Shown: positions 1 to 13,000, numbered from the whole stretch's first letter. The stretch is DNA of 63,859 bases, filler included, from Salisapilia sapeloensis CBS 127946 (GCA_023334545.1; 12 parts of 12 records of this genome joined end to end with filler, not necessarily neighbours in it); one strand, 5' to 3'. The notes: a model not told the origin generated them from the letters alone. Program-made: numbers and translations.

Positions 1-26
1 ACAATCTCCTTAATCTTCATCTTAGT

Positions 27-1190
27 ATGGAAAGGTCTAACGACCATTCACATTCCTTGTACCTTTGTATTTGCATCACATGCTCTAACACAAGGACCCA
101 CTTCAAGATCCGGAATGTTACCCCAGCTTGGATACATTCATATAACTTCCCGTTACACACACTATACAGAGCTGGTTGGAACGGATACCGCAAGCGGAGC
201 TGTAGCAGCTGCCGCCGTCATCGATTGGCAGATGAGGCTTGGACTTCCTGGAAGCATAATGATGGACAATGGAAGCCACTTCAGGAACTAAGTGGTCGAT
301 GAAGTAAACACCAGCTAAGAATTGCGAGAAAGCTACCTCCAGTCTATGCCTCTTGGCTTAGTGGATCTGCTGAGAGAATCAGCTGGGATATACTTCAAGT
401 TGCCAGAGTCATGCTTCTTGAAGCCAAGCTAAAAGTCCAGAATTGGGATGTAGTGCTACGGGCTGCTCAAGGATGTCTCAATCAGTCTCCAGTCGTAAGC
501 CTTGATAACCTCTCGCCGATCCATCTATTTACATGATCACCGCTTTCTCCGATGATCAAGTCGGTCACGAAAGGGAATGGCGTGATAACTATCAATCCGA
601 ACAATACGAAAGATACGCTGGCCCAATTGCAAGAAAAGCTGCTAACGATGCATACATTGGCGTCTAGGTCCAAGGAGAAACGCCAAAAAAGAATAAAGAA
701 ACATCGGGTGGAGTGCATGGTAACTTTGAAATCGGGGACTTCGTGCTTTGGTCCAGAGTAGACCCGAGACTGCAGCACAATAAACTTATGGTACGGTGGG
801 TTGGGCCGCTTGTGGTCAACGAACTATAGTCATTCTGCTTCGAGATTCGTAACATCCTTACGAAGAGTAGACACAATGTGCACGGTTCAAGATTGAAGTT
901 TTATTCTGAGGAATTTCGAGAAGAAACTGAACAAGTACGACAAGATGCAGCTACACAAATTATTATCCTGATAGTTAAGATCCATGGTCTAGGCTACAAC
1001 GAAGCGGTTGGAAAATGGGAATCAAAGGTCGCGTGGATCGAACTTGAAGATGAAGACTCATGAGAGTCGCTTTCGAGTATTGCCACTCATGTACGAGTAA
1101 TTAAGAAGCGCTACCTGGATTTACATCAGAACGATCCAAATATCGTGAAGTTGTGCTCAGATGCTGCCTATCCTCATCTTTTAGAGGGGA
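27..1190 (+). mobile_element. Degenerate Ty3/Gypsy (chromovirus-type) LTR retrotransposon pol 3' end: integrase core, GPY/F-like region and chromodomain, with stops and frameshifts
   Basis: Manual translation across frames gives GLPGSIMMDNGSHFRN (integrase core), NFEIGDFVLWSRVDPRLQHNKLMVRWVGPLVV...NVHGSRLKFY (integrase C-terminus) and KWESKVAWIELEDEDS*ES (chromodomain-like). A purine-rich tract TTAGAGGGGA lies at 1181-1190. Confidence 0.85.
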
Positions 1191-1191
1191 T

Positions 1192-1587
1192 TGTAGAGCG
1201 TTTGTAGAGTGCAAGACAAGATTTGCATACGTCGCACACTAGAATAGGCCTGAGTTAACCAGAGTAGACCAGAATAGGAGAGTTAACGGTCTCTCCGAGA
1301 CTGATGAAGTAATACAGTCAATTAGCAATGGTGCATTCGTGAGCTCAAGTCACCACATTCGGAAGGATTTTTCGTCTATTTTCAATAAATCGTTCAGACA
1401 GGGTCGTCGTGAAACCGGCCTCGATGATGTCGCGGTCTGTAAGAAAAAACTGCGAACCTCAATACAAAGTGCAAGGTGCAAAGCGTCCCTTACACTCTCT
1501 TGTAAATTATCAAGTTTGCAGTTTTTCTATCACCTACATTTCTATCAAGTGCGAAGTGCAAGTCTCGTCTCAAGCTCTTTAGTGTCA
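1192..1587 (+). repeat. Putative 3' LTR of the Gypsy remnant (right boundary uncertain)
   Basis: Begins TGTAGAG immediately after the polypurine tract. A candidate end is ...TAGTGTCA at 1587. There is no second LTR in the window to confirm it. Confidence 0.35.
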
Positions 1588-1811
1588 AATTTATAGTCAA
1601 AGAAAGAAAATAAATGCTTTCTTGTATGGGGAATCAAGTTCCAACTAGCGAGGAAAGAAGTTTTGGTCAAATATAGATGGAGCATACTTAGTTTCATACA
1701 AAGCAGTTTGTATCACAGAATGCGTGCCAAATATGAGAAAATTGCAAAAAGGAGGTGATCAATCGTGGAGGTGTGACTGTATACACAGCTTAACTCATAA
1801 GCTAAATATAC

Positions 1812-1821
1812 GCTCATTTTT
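1812..1821 (+). promoter_or_regulatory. Possible oomycete Inr-like core promoter element upstream of the ZIP gene
   Basis: GCTCATTTTT about 50 nt upstream of the ATG at 1866 matches the Inr half of the oomycete GCTCATTYYNCAWTTT consensus. The FPR half is absent. Confidence 0.3.
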
Positions 1822-1865
1822 ACAGGAAGCTCAAGTCTAGAGCGTTTGCTATTTGGATCGCTACA

Positions 1866-2792
1866 ATGGAGGATGTGACGGTTTTCAAGCTTGTATCCAT
1901 GGTCTCTATTTGGCTTGTTGCCATCGTCGGTGGCATGATACCTGTGCTACTTGCACGACGTCGTACTGAATCGGCAAATGTCCAAAACGCTTTACAATTA
2001 TTAAATGCCTTTTCTGGTGGAGTCTTTCTCGCAGGAGGTTTCCTGCACCTACTTCACGATGCTGTCACGAATGAAGGATTGCAAAAGTGGGGCGACGACT
2101 TTCCGTATGCCGAGACATTTTGTACACTCGGCTTCTTGTCACTGCTGTTGCTAGAACAGACTGCTCACGCTCAGATGGCAACCGCATCGTCGCCGGTGAC
2201 GGACGAATATGTCGAAGCCCGTGAAAGGTTGCTGGAGGAACAGGATACGGACAGCACGAGTATGTCGAGTCCCAATGTGTTTGATGCAAAGCACGCTGAG
2301 CACCACCATCACTCTCATTTGAGCGGAAGCAGTGGCTCCTTGGCAATCGCACTCGCCCTTTTCCTCGCTCTTAGCTTTCATTCCGTGCTGGAGGGCCTGG
2401 GCATTGGGGCTCAATCAGAAGCTGCATGGGGAGTGTTTCTGGCCATCATCGTCCACAAAGGGCTTGCGGCCTTTGCTTTGGGTTCCGAGATGGTACAAAG
2501 CCAGATGAGCATGGCTCGAGCAACTGTCTTCATGGCCCTCTTCTCTCTTATGACGCTCATTGGCATCCTCGTCGGGTGGAGTATCTCGGCTGATGGGTCA
2601 GAAGACTCTGCTGCTTCAGGCATCTGTGTCGCCTTGGCCGCAGGGACATTCATCTATGTGGCAGTGATGGAAGTGATTCCGCAAGAGTTCCCTCGACACT
2701 CGCACAACGGGAACAACAAACGCCTCGCTCAAAAACTATTGGCCATGTACCTAGGCTACGCGATGTTCGGACTACTAGCGAAATGGACATAA
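1866..2792 (+). CDS. ZIP (Zrt/Irt-like) zinc/iron transporter
   Basis: 308 aa with multiple TM segments: GVFLAGGFLHLLHDA, a His-rich loop HAEHHHHSH, LSFHSVLEGLGIG, AIIVHKGLAAFALG and AGTFIYVAVMEVIPQE. Confidence 0.95.
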   Translation: MEDVTVFKLVSMVSIWLVAIVGGMIPVLLARRRTESANVQNALQLLNAFSGGVFLAGGFLHLLHDAVTNEGLQKWGDDFPYAETFCTLGFLSLLLLEQTAHAQMATASSPVTDEYVEARERLLEEQDTDSTSMSSPNVFDAKHAEHHHHSHLSGSSGSLAIALALFLALSFHSVLEGLGIGAQSEAAWGVFLAIIVHKGLAAFALGSEMVQSQMSMARATVFMALFSLMTLIGILVGWSISADGSEDSAASGICVALAAGTFIYVAVMEVIPQEFPRHSHNGNNKRLAQKLLAMYLGYAMFGLLAKWT

Positions 2793-2874
2793 GTTTTGCA
2801 AGCCAAACAGGTATTCACGCCTTCCTTTGCACACCCTCGTTCTGAAAAAGAAAAAGAAGAAAATAAAAACCTTC

Positions 2875-4315
2875 CTACACATCCAGACTCAGTTGCTGCA
2901 TCGCACCCTCCAGCTTGTCCTCCTTGTCGTAGTATCCCTCCTCGCTCTCGTCGTCGTCCGTGGAAGCGCCAGCACTGCCCAGGTAGAACTGGCCCATCGG
3001 AGCCTCTCGCTGCGAGTGAATGCGCTTGTGCTGCACTTTCAATCGCTTGCTGCCGATCTGGAAGCCATTCATGGCTGCGATCGCAGAATCAGCGCTCTCG
3101 ACTGAATCGTAGCTGACGAATCCAAATCCTTTGCTCTCACCAGTCAGTTTGTCCATGTACACTTTCGCACTGATAACGGTTCCAAAGGGAGCAAACGCAG
3201 TCGCGAGATCGGCGTCCGTCAGGTCATGCGGAAGGTGGTAGATGAACAGATTGGCGCCGGCAGGACCTTCGGGCTGGCTCGTGCTCATCTGACCTGGCGT
3301 CGAGGGACCTCGAGGCTTGATCTCGGGTGAATTCGCCCCCATCTGGTCATAGTTCATCGCCATGCCAGGGTTGTACGCATAGTTATAGTACGGATTGTAG
3401 TACATATACGTGTTCTGCGGTGGACTCGACGGCCGACTGTCCATGTTCATCCCTTGCGCAGGAGGAGGACTGCCGAATCCCTGCATCTGGTGCATGTACT
3501 GCTGTACGTTCGGGTAGCCTGAGGGGGAGCTCATGCCTTGTTGTAGCTGCTGCCAGTACGCAGCATTCGCAGCCAGTTGGCGAGCACGTTGCAGACGCTG
3601 ACGACGACTGTCGGCGAACTTGACCACAAGAGGAGACGTGCCGCCCTCCATCGTCACAACACCGTTCACTTCGCTGATGGCAGCCAAGGCGGCCCGACGC
3701 TCCTTAAACTTTAGGAAAGCGCAGCCCTTGCTCTGGCCAGTAGTAGCGTGACGAAGAATGTACACTTCTTCAATATCTCCAAAATGGTCGAAAACGGCGC
3801 GAATGGCTGGCTCATCTGCAGACTTGGGGATCATGCCTATGAACAGCTTGTGCTCTTGCGAGGCTAGTATCATCTAAATTAGCAACTCCACCGAGAATAT
3901 ACATCGAATAAAAGTCTCACCTCCCGCCTGACCCTCCGCTGGACGCACTTGCAGTGGGTTTATAGACTAGATCATTTCCATCCAACGCATCAATACTCCA
4001 TACTTTACGTACGACCGTTGGTCAACATACCTGCGGAAGCGTAACCTTGTTATGCAGTTCAGCAATGGCCGTGTGGGCGTCATCCTTGGAAGAGTAGGTA
4101 GCGAAAGCGCATCCGCGGTGGGCGCCGGTCAGCTTGTCTCGAATGATGACCAGGTCGTCCAGCTGGCCGTAGACCTCCAGCACTGGCCGCAAATCTTCTT
4201 CATCCATGGACCTCGGGACTTGGCCGACGAAGAGCTTGAGCGGTCCGTCAAGCTGTTCTTCGTCGTGCCCGGCATAGTCCTGGTACTCTGGCGATGGTGG
4301 TGGCTCCATTTCCAT
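2875..4315 (-). CDS. CELF/Bruno-like RNA-binding protein, 3 RRMs (exons 4315-4031, 3966-3921, 3863-2875)
   Basis: RRM1 KLFVGQVPR...RGCAFATY; RRM2 KLFIGMIPK...KGCAFLKF; RRM3 [14 protein letters not shown]...[10 protein letters not shown]...[13 protein letters not shown] introns give an in-frame join through [15 protein letters not shown]. Confidence 0.93.
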
Positions 4316-4696
4316 GTTCTGCTTCTAAACGACTCTTGTGGTTTTAAATAGAAGGGGAAACGCAATGTATGGACGCAATCAGACAAAGGTGGACGGGTCG
4401 AGTGAAGCTAGGAAGCGGTGCCCAAGTTCACGTCCCAAGTCGCAGAACAGATTTTCCTCCCTTCGGCTGCTCTCTCTCGTCGAGATTTGACCGTTTTCCA
4501 AAGGAACGCGCTAGGGCTACCGACTGAACTCAAGACACTCTTTTCTGGACATCGTCCTGTCTCTCTTAGGAGACGCAATCTGCTCAGATGCCAAGACCAA
4601 ATCTGATCCCAACGCCTCTCGCGCCGATGGAATCCTAGCTCAACTGTCCAACTTGCAACCCAACCGCTTCGTATTGATCTCTTATTTCCAATCAAA

Positions 4697-6171
4697 CTAA
4701 AAGACCGTCCCGTCGCTATCGATCATAATCGGTGGCCCACCTCCCTCGCGCTTTTCCTTTGCAATCACCCGCCCAGCTTTCCAGCTACCTCCCTCCAACA
4801 TCTTCACGAGAGGAAACACGTCTGGCGTCAAGTTCACTTTCTTCAGTAAGATCGCATGGAGCTCGTCCAGTAGCGCCACCGTCAACGCTCTCCACTCGAT
4901 AATCACCGTATCACTCGGTTGAAATGCCTTCGTCCAAATCTCTTCTTGCTTCGGAACCAAGACACCCAAGTCCACCAGCAGTCCTCCGTTCCGATACTCT
5001 GGCAGTCCAGTCATGAGCTGCAGGTCGTCCAGACCAAGTCCTGTTGATTGCAGAGGTTCCATGAGAGAATACGTGACCCATTGTGATAACTTGTGGAAGC
5101 TCACAAAGGATCCGGACTCGGCGCGAGGGGGCACATGCGGCAGCTCCCACACGTCACCCATGTTGAACCCATCGATCGTGGTGCGCGTGGCCGGCCAGAT
5201 CTCCTCCAGACCATAGATGACCACTTTCCACAGCTCCATCACAGACACCTTGCTCTCCTTGGCCTTGCTGAACAAGTAGTCTACCATATTGCCTGGACGG
5301 TACGACTCATCCTCCGGTCGATAGAAAAACTCTGGATGCTTCATCAGGCTGTCACCAAGTCTCTGTCGTCACATGTAAAATAAACTCCTTTGATCGTGCT
5401 TATGGACAGCTCAATGTACCTTTAAAAGCTCAGTGCGTCCACTGCATCCAACGAGGGGATTGGATGCTTCGTCCTACACCAAAGCACGATAAACCTACTC
5501 ATTCGTTCGCAAAATGAATGGGTCGTACCACTTGGAAAGCAGAGGCGACAGCATCCTCCGACAAATTTTTAAGTGCAGACGCATCCGCGCGTTGCGACTT
5601 GTCCGTCGAAAATGCTCCGCTAAGGAACATGTGAAAGCTAGCAACGCCCAAGCCTTCGCTGCGACTATAGTAGTCGTTCGTCTTCGGCTCCTTGTACTTC
5701 CAGTCCGGGCCTGCGCCGGCATCCAGCAATACACTCACGAGCGCCAAGTCCATGAAACGCCTTGCTTTCTCCTTGTCATCACACGTCCATTCTGCACACA
5801 TCTAAACTTGCTCTGAGTCCTATCAAACGTACAGACAAGTGCTCTGCGATCTTACTCTGGTCACACGATTCGAATTTCCTGCTTCAAAATGTCGCCATCT
5901 AAACCATCGTTACACTACCGAGTGTAGTTACGGACGAAGTGCTTTAGGAGTACCTAGAATGGAAGGGAACGTTGGACACATCGCCTGGATACGACTTCTT
6001 GATCACATCCAACACAAAATCGGCTGCGGGCTCCAATTTGGAAGTGTCTACCGTAAAGTGTTTCAAGCAGTCTTCCCCTTGCGAAGTAGTATAAACGTGC
6101 TTGCAAGTCTCACGCACGGATGCAATGGACCGGAGGTACGCCACCCGCCCGCTTTCTCTCTCCTTTTCCAT
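4697..6171 (-). CDS. URC4: URC4/Urg3 (DUF1688) uracil catabolism family protein, several introns
   Basis: Spliced motif PFHSRWRHF, plus LVSVLLDAGAGPDWKY, SRSEGLGVASFHMF, FHKLSQW, GLPEYRNGGLLVD, EWRALTV and C-terminal LEGGSWKAGR...SDGTVF. Confidence 0.88.
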
Positions 6172-6240
6172 CTTATGTGAATGAGAACAAAGCCAGATCA
6201 GATGAAAGGGGTGTATTTAGTGTCTGATTACAGTGGTAAC

Positions 6241-8442
6241 CTACGACGAGGTGTTTGGAAACTTTGTATAAGATGTCTGCTGCATCCAATTCTTCTTGTG
6301 CCGACGATTGCTCTGAAGCGACTTGATCGTGGATTCTATCTCGCTCATGCTTCGCTTTGTCATCGCACTCTGATGCTTTGGTCGAACTTGCCAGTCTCTC
6401 TTGCTCCCTTTGTCGCCTCGTCTGTTTGGATTGAATGCTTCTGTAGCATTTTCATTTGAAAACGAAAGGGGATATCTCCATGAGCTGTCACAAGAGGCTT
6501 TAAAAATCTTTTCCTTACAGCCACTACTTTCTTCATTAACATTGTCGCTGCCATTTGTAGCATTCATGGACCCCTTGGACACTCTTTTTCTTTCCGCATG
6601 CTCATAAATCCGCTCAAATCGAACCATAGCGCTCTCATAATCATTGTAAGGCGCACTCCACTCCCCCACTTCATCGTGAAAGTCAGCATTATTAACAATC
6701 TGAGGTCGTCGAAGAGCTTTAGATTGCTCTCTCCACCAATCACTCTCACTGAGGGAAGACATGCCCATCACGCGTGTCCTAGCACGATTACACTCCTCCA
6801 GTTTTATTTTCTCTTCTTCTTCCAGTAGCCTGATTTTTTCTTGTTCTTCCGCTATTTTCCTTTGTTTTTCTTTCTCCGCCTTCCGTTTTTCATCTGCCTC
6901 TTTAATGTCAATCTCCAGTACATGCTTTAGCTGAAGAATACCCAAGTCCAACTTTCCGACAACCTCTCGCTCAAGTGTCTCTTTCCACTTATTGTTGCCC
7001 ACTTCTTCCGCTGATGTTGCCGAATAATTACGGTCATTACCACCTTCGGCAAACTCGAAGATGTCTTGTCGCCAGTCGATGCGTTGCGATGGGTGCTCGT
7101 GTATTGTATACTGCTTTTCAAAAGAAGTCGTGCTTTGAGGCGGAGTACGCAAATGCTTCGCCATAATATCTATTTCCTCTTTTGAGTTGTTTTCTTTTAT
7201 AAAATTCATCAGCATTTGGCTATTATCAGCTTTCGACTCTTCGTTTCCTTCACGCTGATACCGAATTTCCTGTTCTACACTCGCTTCGTCTAGTTCCAGT
7301 CGTTTGAGTGCTCTGTCGACATCAGCCGAGCCACTTATCAAGTGACCACGCAAAGGTATCCGTTTCAGTACACTCTCCTGTTCCTGAATGGAGCGCAGAG
7401 CATCCTCTTCCTTCGCCTTTTCATTCTGTTTCGCTTCCTGCAAAGCTTCTGCTTCCTCTTTTTCAGCCTTTTCGTGTGCAATTGTTTCGTCTCGATGCCG
7501 TTGCTCTGTCATAAACTGAAATGCAGCCTCGAGTTGGTTTGCAATGTCTTGTACAGCAACATCAAGCGAAACATTTATATTGTTCAAGTTTGCATCTTCA
7601 TGGCTATTGTCGGCTGCCTCATTTTTGTACCTGGACAGAGGATGGAGTGCAAGTAATAGAGCTTCATCAATTGTCTTGGCTGCTTCTTGAATACTGCTGA
7701 CATGCTCAGCTATCTTTTTCGAGGATGACCTAGGTGGCTCCGGTTTGAAATGCATACTCGCCTCCTTCTTCAGCTCTGCTCTTTCGATTTCAAACTCGTC
7801 CGTTGAATGATCTGCATCTTTCTCATCGGATACAGACGATAAGCAAGACACTAGGTCTTCCAACCTTACTTTTTTCTTTCTTAGTGGATTGTCTGCATAG
7901 CTTGGATGGGGTATACTCTGTTTCGCAGGTGAGTCGCCATCAGTTGATTGATGTCTCGTCAAAGGAGAAAAGTGGAAAGGAGATGAATCGCCACCTTTAG
8001 ACATCGGGGAAGAAATTTTCGTTGGTGATGGCGCAGATATGATATCATCTAAATGCTCCAAATCCTCTTCATCCACATGACTGTTGCCCGACTGGTGATT
8101 TCTTACTCTTCGTGACCTCTTTCTTTTTTCTGCAATAGCGGATCTACTATCCGGAAACAGTTGAAAGCTTGGCTTTGGATGTGGTCGTTGATAAAGCTTG
8201 GGCATAGGGGTAACCGCCGATCCAGTTCGTTTATGCTGGGCATTTTGAGATGCCTTATCTTTGTTTAGAGCGGCAGGTTTGTGTGCCATACGACGGAAAC
8301 TTTGGATGAGCTCATCGACGGAAGAAGTCGATCCTTCATCCTCATCATTATCCATATGTCTCTTGCTACCATTTTTCTCTTTATATGAAGTGGGCAGTTC
8401 AAGCCTTCTTCTTCGAGCACCTACATCCTGTACCATTTTCAT
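6241..8442 (-). CDS. Hypothetical 733-aa charged/coiled-coil, largely low-complexity protein
   Basis: Long uninterrupted ATG-started ORF with E/K-rich helical tracts and basic NLS-like clusters (EKRKRSRR, RKKKVR). No recognised catalytic domain. Confidence 0.65.
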   Translation of the reverse strand: MKMVQDVGARRRRLELPTSYKEKNGSKRHMDNDEDEGSTSSVDELIQSFRRMAHKPAALNKDKASQNAQHKRTGSAVTPMPKLYQRPHPKPSFQLFPDSRSAIAEKRKRSRRVRNHQSGNSHVDEEDLEHLDDIISAPSPTKISSPMSKGGDSSPFHFSPLTRHQSTDGDSPAKQSIPHPSYADNPLRKKKVRLEDLVSCLSSVSDEKDADHSTDEFEIERAELKKEASMHFKPEPPRSSSKKIAEHVSSIQEAAKTIDEALLLALHPLSRYKNEAADNSHEDANLNNINVSLDVAVQDIANQLEAAFQFMTEQRHRDETIAHEKAEKEEAEALQEAKQNEKAKEEDALRSIQEQESVLKRIPLRGHLISGSADVDRALKRLELDEASVEQEIRYQREGNEESKADNSQMLMNFIKENNSKEEIDIMAKHLRTPPQSTTSFEKQYTIHEHPSQRIDWRQDIFEFAEGGNDRNYSATSAEEVGNNKWKETLEREVVGKLDLGILQLKHVLEIDIKEADEKRKAEKEKQRKIAEEQEKIRLLEEEEKIKLEECNRARTRVMGMSSLSESDWWREQSKALRRPQIVNNADFHDEVGEWSAPYNDYESAMVRFERIYEHAERKRVSKGSMNATNGSDNVNEESSGCKEKIFKASCDSSWRYPLSFSNENATEAFNPNRRGDKGSKRDWQVRPKHQSAMTKRSMSEIESTIKSLQSNRRHKKNWMQQTSYTKFPNTSS

Positions 8443-8914
8443 GCGTCGGTTGGCAACTTCAAACTACCGGTCGGTTATTGTTGGTTCTACTTAAACTTTC
8501 CTACGGGGTTCATTGAATCGCCAGAGTCGAATCGCCAGACCTCTAAAATGTAAATTTTAGGCTACCAAAAATGATTTCATGAAAAGTACAATACGAGGAG
8601 GATTTTGCGGTGCAGATCTCGGAACGGTAGAAGTAAGAAAATCTTATTAGTTTCTCGATACATTGTGAAGGGCGGTGGATGGAAGAGGAGTATAGCTGCA
8701 GTGTAGAGACTTTTCGCATTGGACAATGCCAATTCTTAGCTATCTTCAATCTTCTCTTATCTCTCTACATCTACCCATGGTAGTCGTCTCGAACCTTTCG
8801 ACTATGTTTCCAGCCTAATGTCACATCCGCTCATACTTTCAACCCTTGAACAGAACTGCTCCTTCTCCGATTTCCGACCGCGGTCAGAAGTCTCCACCAT
8901 AGCTCATCGTGCAA

Positions 8915-8947
8915 GACCTCCGGGAAGACTCGGTCTTCCCGGAGGTC
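8915..8947. repeat. Perfect 15-bp GC-rich hairpin with a 3-nt loop
   Basis: GACCTCCGGGAAGAC-TCG-GTCTTCCCGGAGGTC read directly from the sequence. Confidence 0.9.
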
Positions 8948-9428
8948 ACTTCTTCGCCAACATGTGCCGGTCAACCAGAGGGAGTTCGAAGTGTGACTGA
9001 AATGTCCTTCATTTAACAAAACTGGCAAAGCAACCCGAAGGAGTCGACATACGAAGGCAGCTGACAATTGACGTTTCGACGATCGAAATGAACAGAAGAA
9101 GATGTACGGAGCGAAGATATGCAAGCGCTAAGGCGGGACGATTGGACATATACATATGAAAAAGGGGACGTCGTGGCTATAGTGACGGAACAATGTGGAC
9201 AAAAAGCTATGCAGCGCATGTGCTGCAGATATGCGTAGTCGTCTACACTCATATATTGTTGAGCAAATACTGGATACCAGTGCTCTTTCGTTTTCGCTTA
9301 GAATAGCTAGTAGCCGGTGAATTTAAACGGAAATAATAATACCACTTGACCAAGTTAATTACGGATATGTACGCATATGGCACCGTCTCACATTTCAGTT
9401 AATGTCGAACGAGAATCCGATCGAATAG

Positions 9429-9770
<342 letters not shown>

Positions 9771-9870
9771 NNNNNNNNNNNNNNNNNNNNNNNNNNNNNN
9801 NNNNNNNNNNNNNNTTAATTAATTAANNNNNNNNNNNNNNNNNNNNNNNNNNNNNNNNNNNNNNNNNNNN
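9771..9870. other. Artificial contig spacer (44 N + TTAATTAATTAA + 44 N). The same spacer occurs at 13682, 18757, 21364, 24260, 26957, 30606, 35442, 38614, 41766 and 62742.
   Basis: Identical 100-nt structure occurs 11 times, with stop codons in all six frames. Genes cut at a spacer do not resume after it. Confidence 0.97.
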
Positions 9871-10086
9871 CTATCATTGTGGGGATCTGCCCTAACCCTG
9901 CTTGAACATTCACTTTATTGGATGGGTACATCTTTTACGTCTACTTCAGAGGCATGTGCAGCCTTTTGCCATCAATTTCATGCCCAAGATATTTTCAGTT
10001 TGTCTGTCAAAATAAAAGATCAGAGAAAGCTTTATCATTTTACAAGCTGAGATATAGCTAATTTCGCAGCACAACTATCAACCGGA

Positions 10087-13000
10087 TTACGGGCGATCAA
10101 GGTCATCCAGGTCTTCTAGCTCAAGAGTCAATGCGGTATGCAAATTGCCTGAAGCACTGTTATCTTCCATTTCGCCACTCTCATTCTTCTCCTCAATTCG
10201 ACGTTGTACGTTGTCCGGCACGGCATCTGAAACTGCGGGATAAGCCCACGGTGTCCGTAAACTCTGGGTAGGAAACACTATGTTTCCTACCTCCATGACT
10301 CCGTCAGATTGATCGTTCAATTCTCCTAGATGGTTTTCTCTTCTAGCGTCAAAGGCTGCGCCAGACGCATTTTCCAGTGACTCATTCCAAGTACCTGGAA
10401 GCTCAGTTTCGAAAGTGTCGACTTTGGTGCCAACTGGTCCAACTTTGCTCGAAGTAGATAGCAAGGAAGTAGTGGAAGGAAGTATTCCAATTACAGGCTT
10501 GTCCATTTTTGTGCCGTCTGGCCTTTTCAGCTCTTTATGATTGGTAGAACTGAAGGGTCTAGTAGATTCAAAGCCACTTGCCAAAGATCGTTCCGATATT
10601 TGTCGTACTGTAAACTTCGAGCGATCATTGTGACCCAAGTGACTTGGGTGAAATCTTATGCAATCATGCGATTGGTGCCAGCTGAGCATAGTGGATAGAA
10701 CCAACTTTTTGCAAGCACTACATGCCGTCAGACGACATCCGCTGAGCTCATGCGCAATGCGCAATTCTGCAGGAAACTGCGCACCGCAACCATTTTGGCA
10801 TAACACAATACGTTGTGGGCACTCGTTGGCTTGGTGAACCTCAAGATATTCTCTCCTTCCAGCAAATGTCCCACAGCTGCATTCAATGTGCGGTTGAGGA
10901 CTTCCAAACGCCTCATTGACTAGTGAGTTGGAGGTGCGGCGTCTTGATTCTTCCGCATGCTCACCATAGATGTATGAGCGACGACCTGAATCGGCATCCA
11001 CTTTTAAGCCTGACACGCTGGCCGATTGTCCCGGAACTAATGAATGTAATAGCATTTCTGGTAAAACCTTCGTCGGTCGCGGCCGAAGTACAGGTAAGCG
11101 GTTCTCTTTCCATCTTTCATTCGAAATCGACGCTCTTTTGGATCCCTCTCTGGTACCCTGAGTTGCTTTCGAACCCTTACGCAGCTTACTGTTTGACCTC
11201 AGTAGAGTACGACTTCTTGCATGGCTATTGCGCTTACTGTGACTTTCTCCTTTGGTGTGACTTGTATGTGGTATTATTTGAGAGACTCCATTGACCCCCA
11301 CTACAGCCTCCAACGGCAGTGAAATTCCTGTGGCATGTTCTTCGTCGCAAATGGAAGTGCTATGGCTCCGTCGCATCATGAAGGAACGTATTCCTGACGA
11401 TACACCGATTCGAAGGGGGTCGCTGACAACGTAGGTTACCACTATAGCTGTGAGTAGCGATCCAAGCCACATTTCGGCCGATAAGCTGTCAATCATTAAC
11501 GCGCACATCACCACAAAGTATGTGCACCAGATGCACCATGCAAAGCAGATCATGTAACAGATTACAGCAACCCATGGTGGAAATATCGGTCGAAGACGAT
11601 ACTCTGGCTGACGACGTAAAAACTGATTATAAAGGACATGTGACGTTCGTTGGAGGTGCTTCAGCCTCTTTAATTCTCGTTCATATATCAGTCGATCTTG
11701 GAAGGACATCAATGCTAACTTGCGTTCGTGCTGTAGCTCATTGCGTGCTCTCAACATTGCCCTTAATCGAGAAACTCCTCGAAGACCAGCATAAAGCTTG
11801 CGCAATTCGTTCTTTCTCTGCTCATCCACACGCGTGCGCTCTAATTGTACCTGGTGCTTGGCCTGCTTGTAGGCACGCCGCTTTACATCGATGTCTCGCC
11901 TTTTTGCTCGTAAAATTGCTTTATGTCGCATTCTCAATTTCTTTCTGATTGATCTGCTTAGCTGCTTGTGCTGACTAGAATTTGCAGATTCGTGTACTTC
12001 CACCCTCGAAACTTCCCTACACAAATCAACACGTGGACCTCGTGATAGTTCCCTTTCATTTGCGCCGCAACTGACTTGTTCTCTTTTGTCGATTTCGTTT
12101 TGGATTAAGCTGTTCAGCCGTTGTTTGAACTGAGCTTTGAGATCTGCCTGAAGAGCAATCAATTGGTTTTGAGTATGTGCTAAGTCTGCCTTTGCTTTTG
12201 CACAAACCCCTACCGTTGTACTTCCAATGTCGTAACAGCATTTATTGCATCGAGCCAACCACTTTTCCAATAGCCTTCGTGTTTCACGAATATGAGCAAC
12301 TTCTTCCTCAACATTATCCGTGTTTACCAGCTCTTGGCAAGTCACAGCAATGATACCAGATGCGCTCAGACTCACCCCCAACGGGTCGAATTTCTTTAAA
12401 GTCAACGGCAAGTCCTCATCATCGCTTCCGAGGAGCATTTCCACTATGTTATTGTTTGCTCTAGCTTCCTCTTCGACATCAAGATGGTAAATACGGGCGA
12501 AAAGATCCTTGGCTGCAGCGAACCTCTCGGTTGCGTCAGCTCGAGATGTAGTTGCTTGATCATCTGCACCATCACCTTGATGTGATGCTATAGCTGCTGA
12601 TTGAGTCAATATGCTATCAGCATTCCACGGTACAACGGCATTTTTGCTGTGCAAGAGATTGTCATTTTCAAGCCAAAGATGTTTCTTGGTTGGGTCGAAA
12701 GGATCCAACTTATTTGATTTGCGACTGGCCACTTGATCCCATGGCTCGCAATTATAAAGAGCCACAAAGATGGCTCGACAAAGCTTCCCAATACGAGAAT
12801 TTAGACCTTGTAAATGAAGCTGCTCGACGAAAAACGGAATCTTTGTCCCATCGAGTCCTTCAATTATTGTGCAAAGATCGGAAGCTGCGATATGCTCTAC
12901 TGCAAACGGAATGCATCTGCCATAAGCGTCTGTCTTGACCTCTATCGTGTTTCCCTCTTCATCCTCAACTTGATACTGCACAATTAATTCTTCCTCACGT

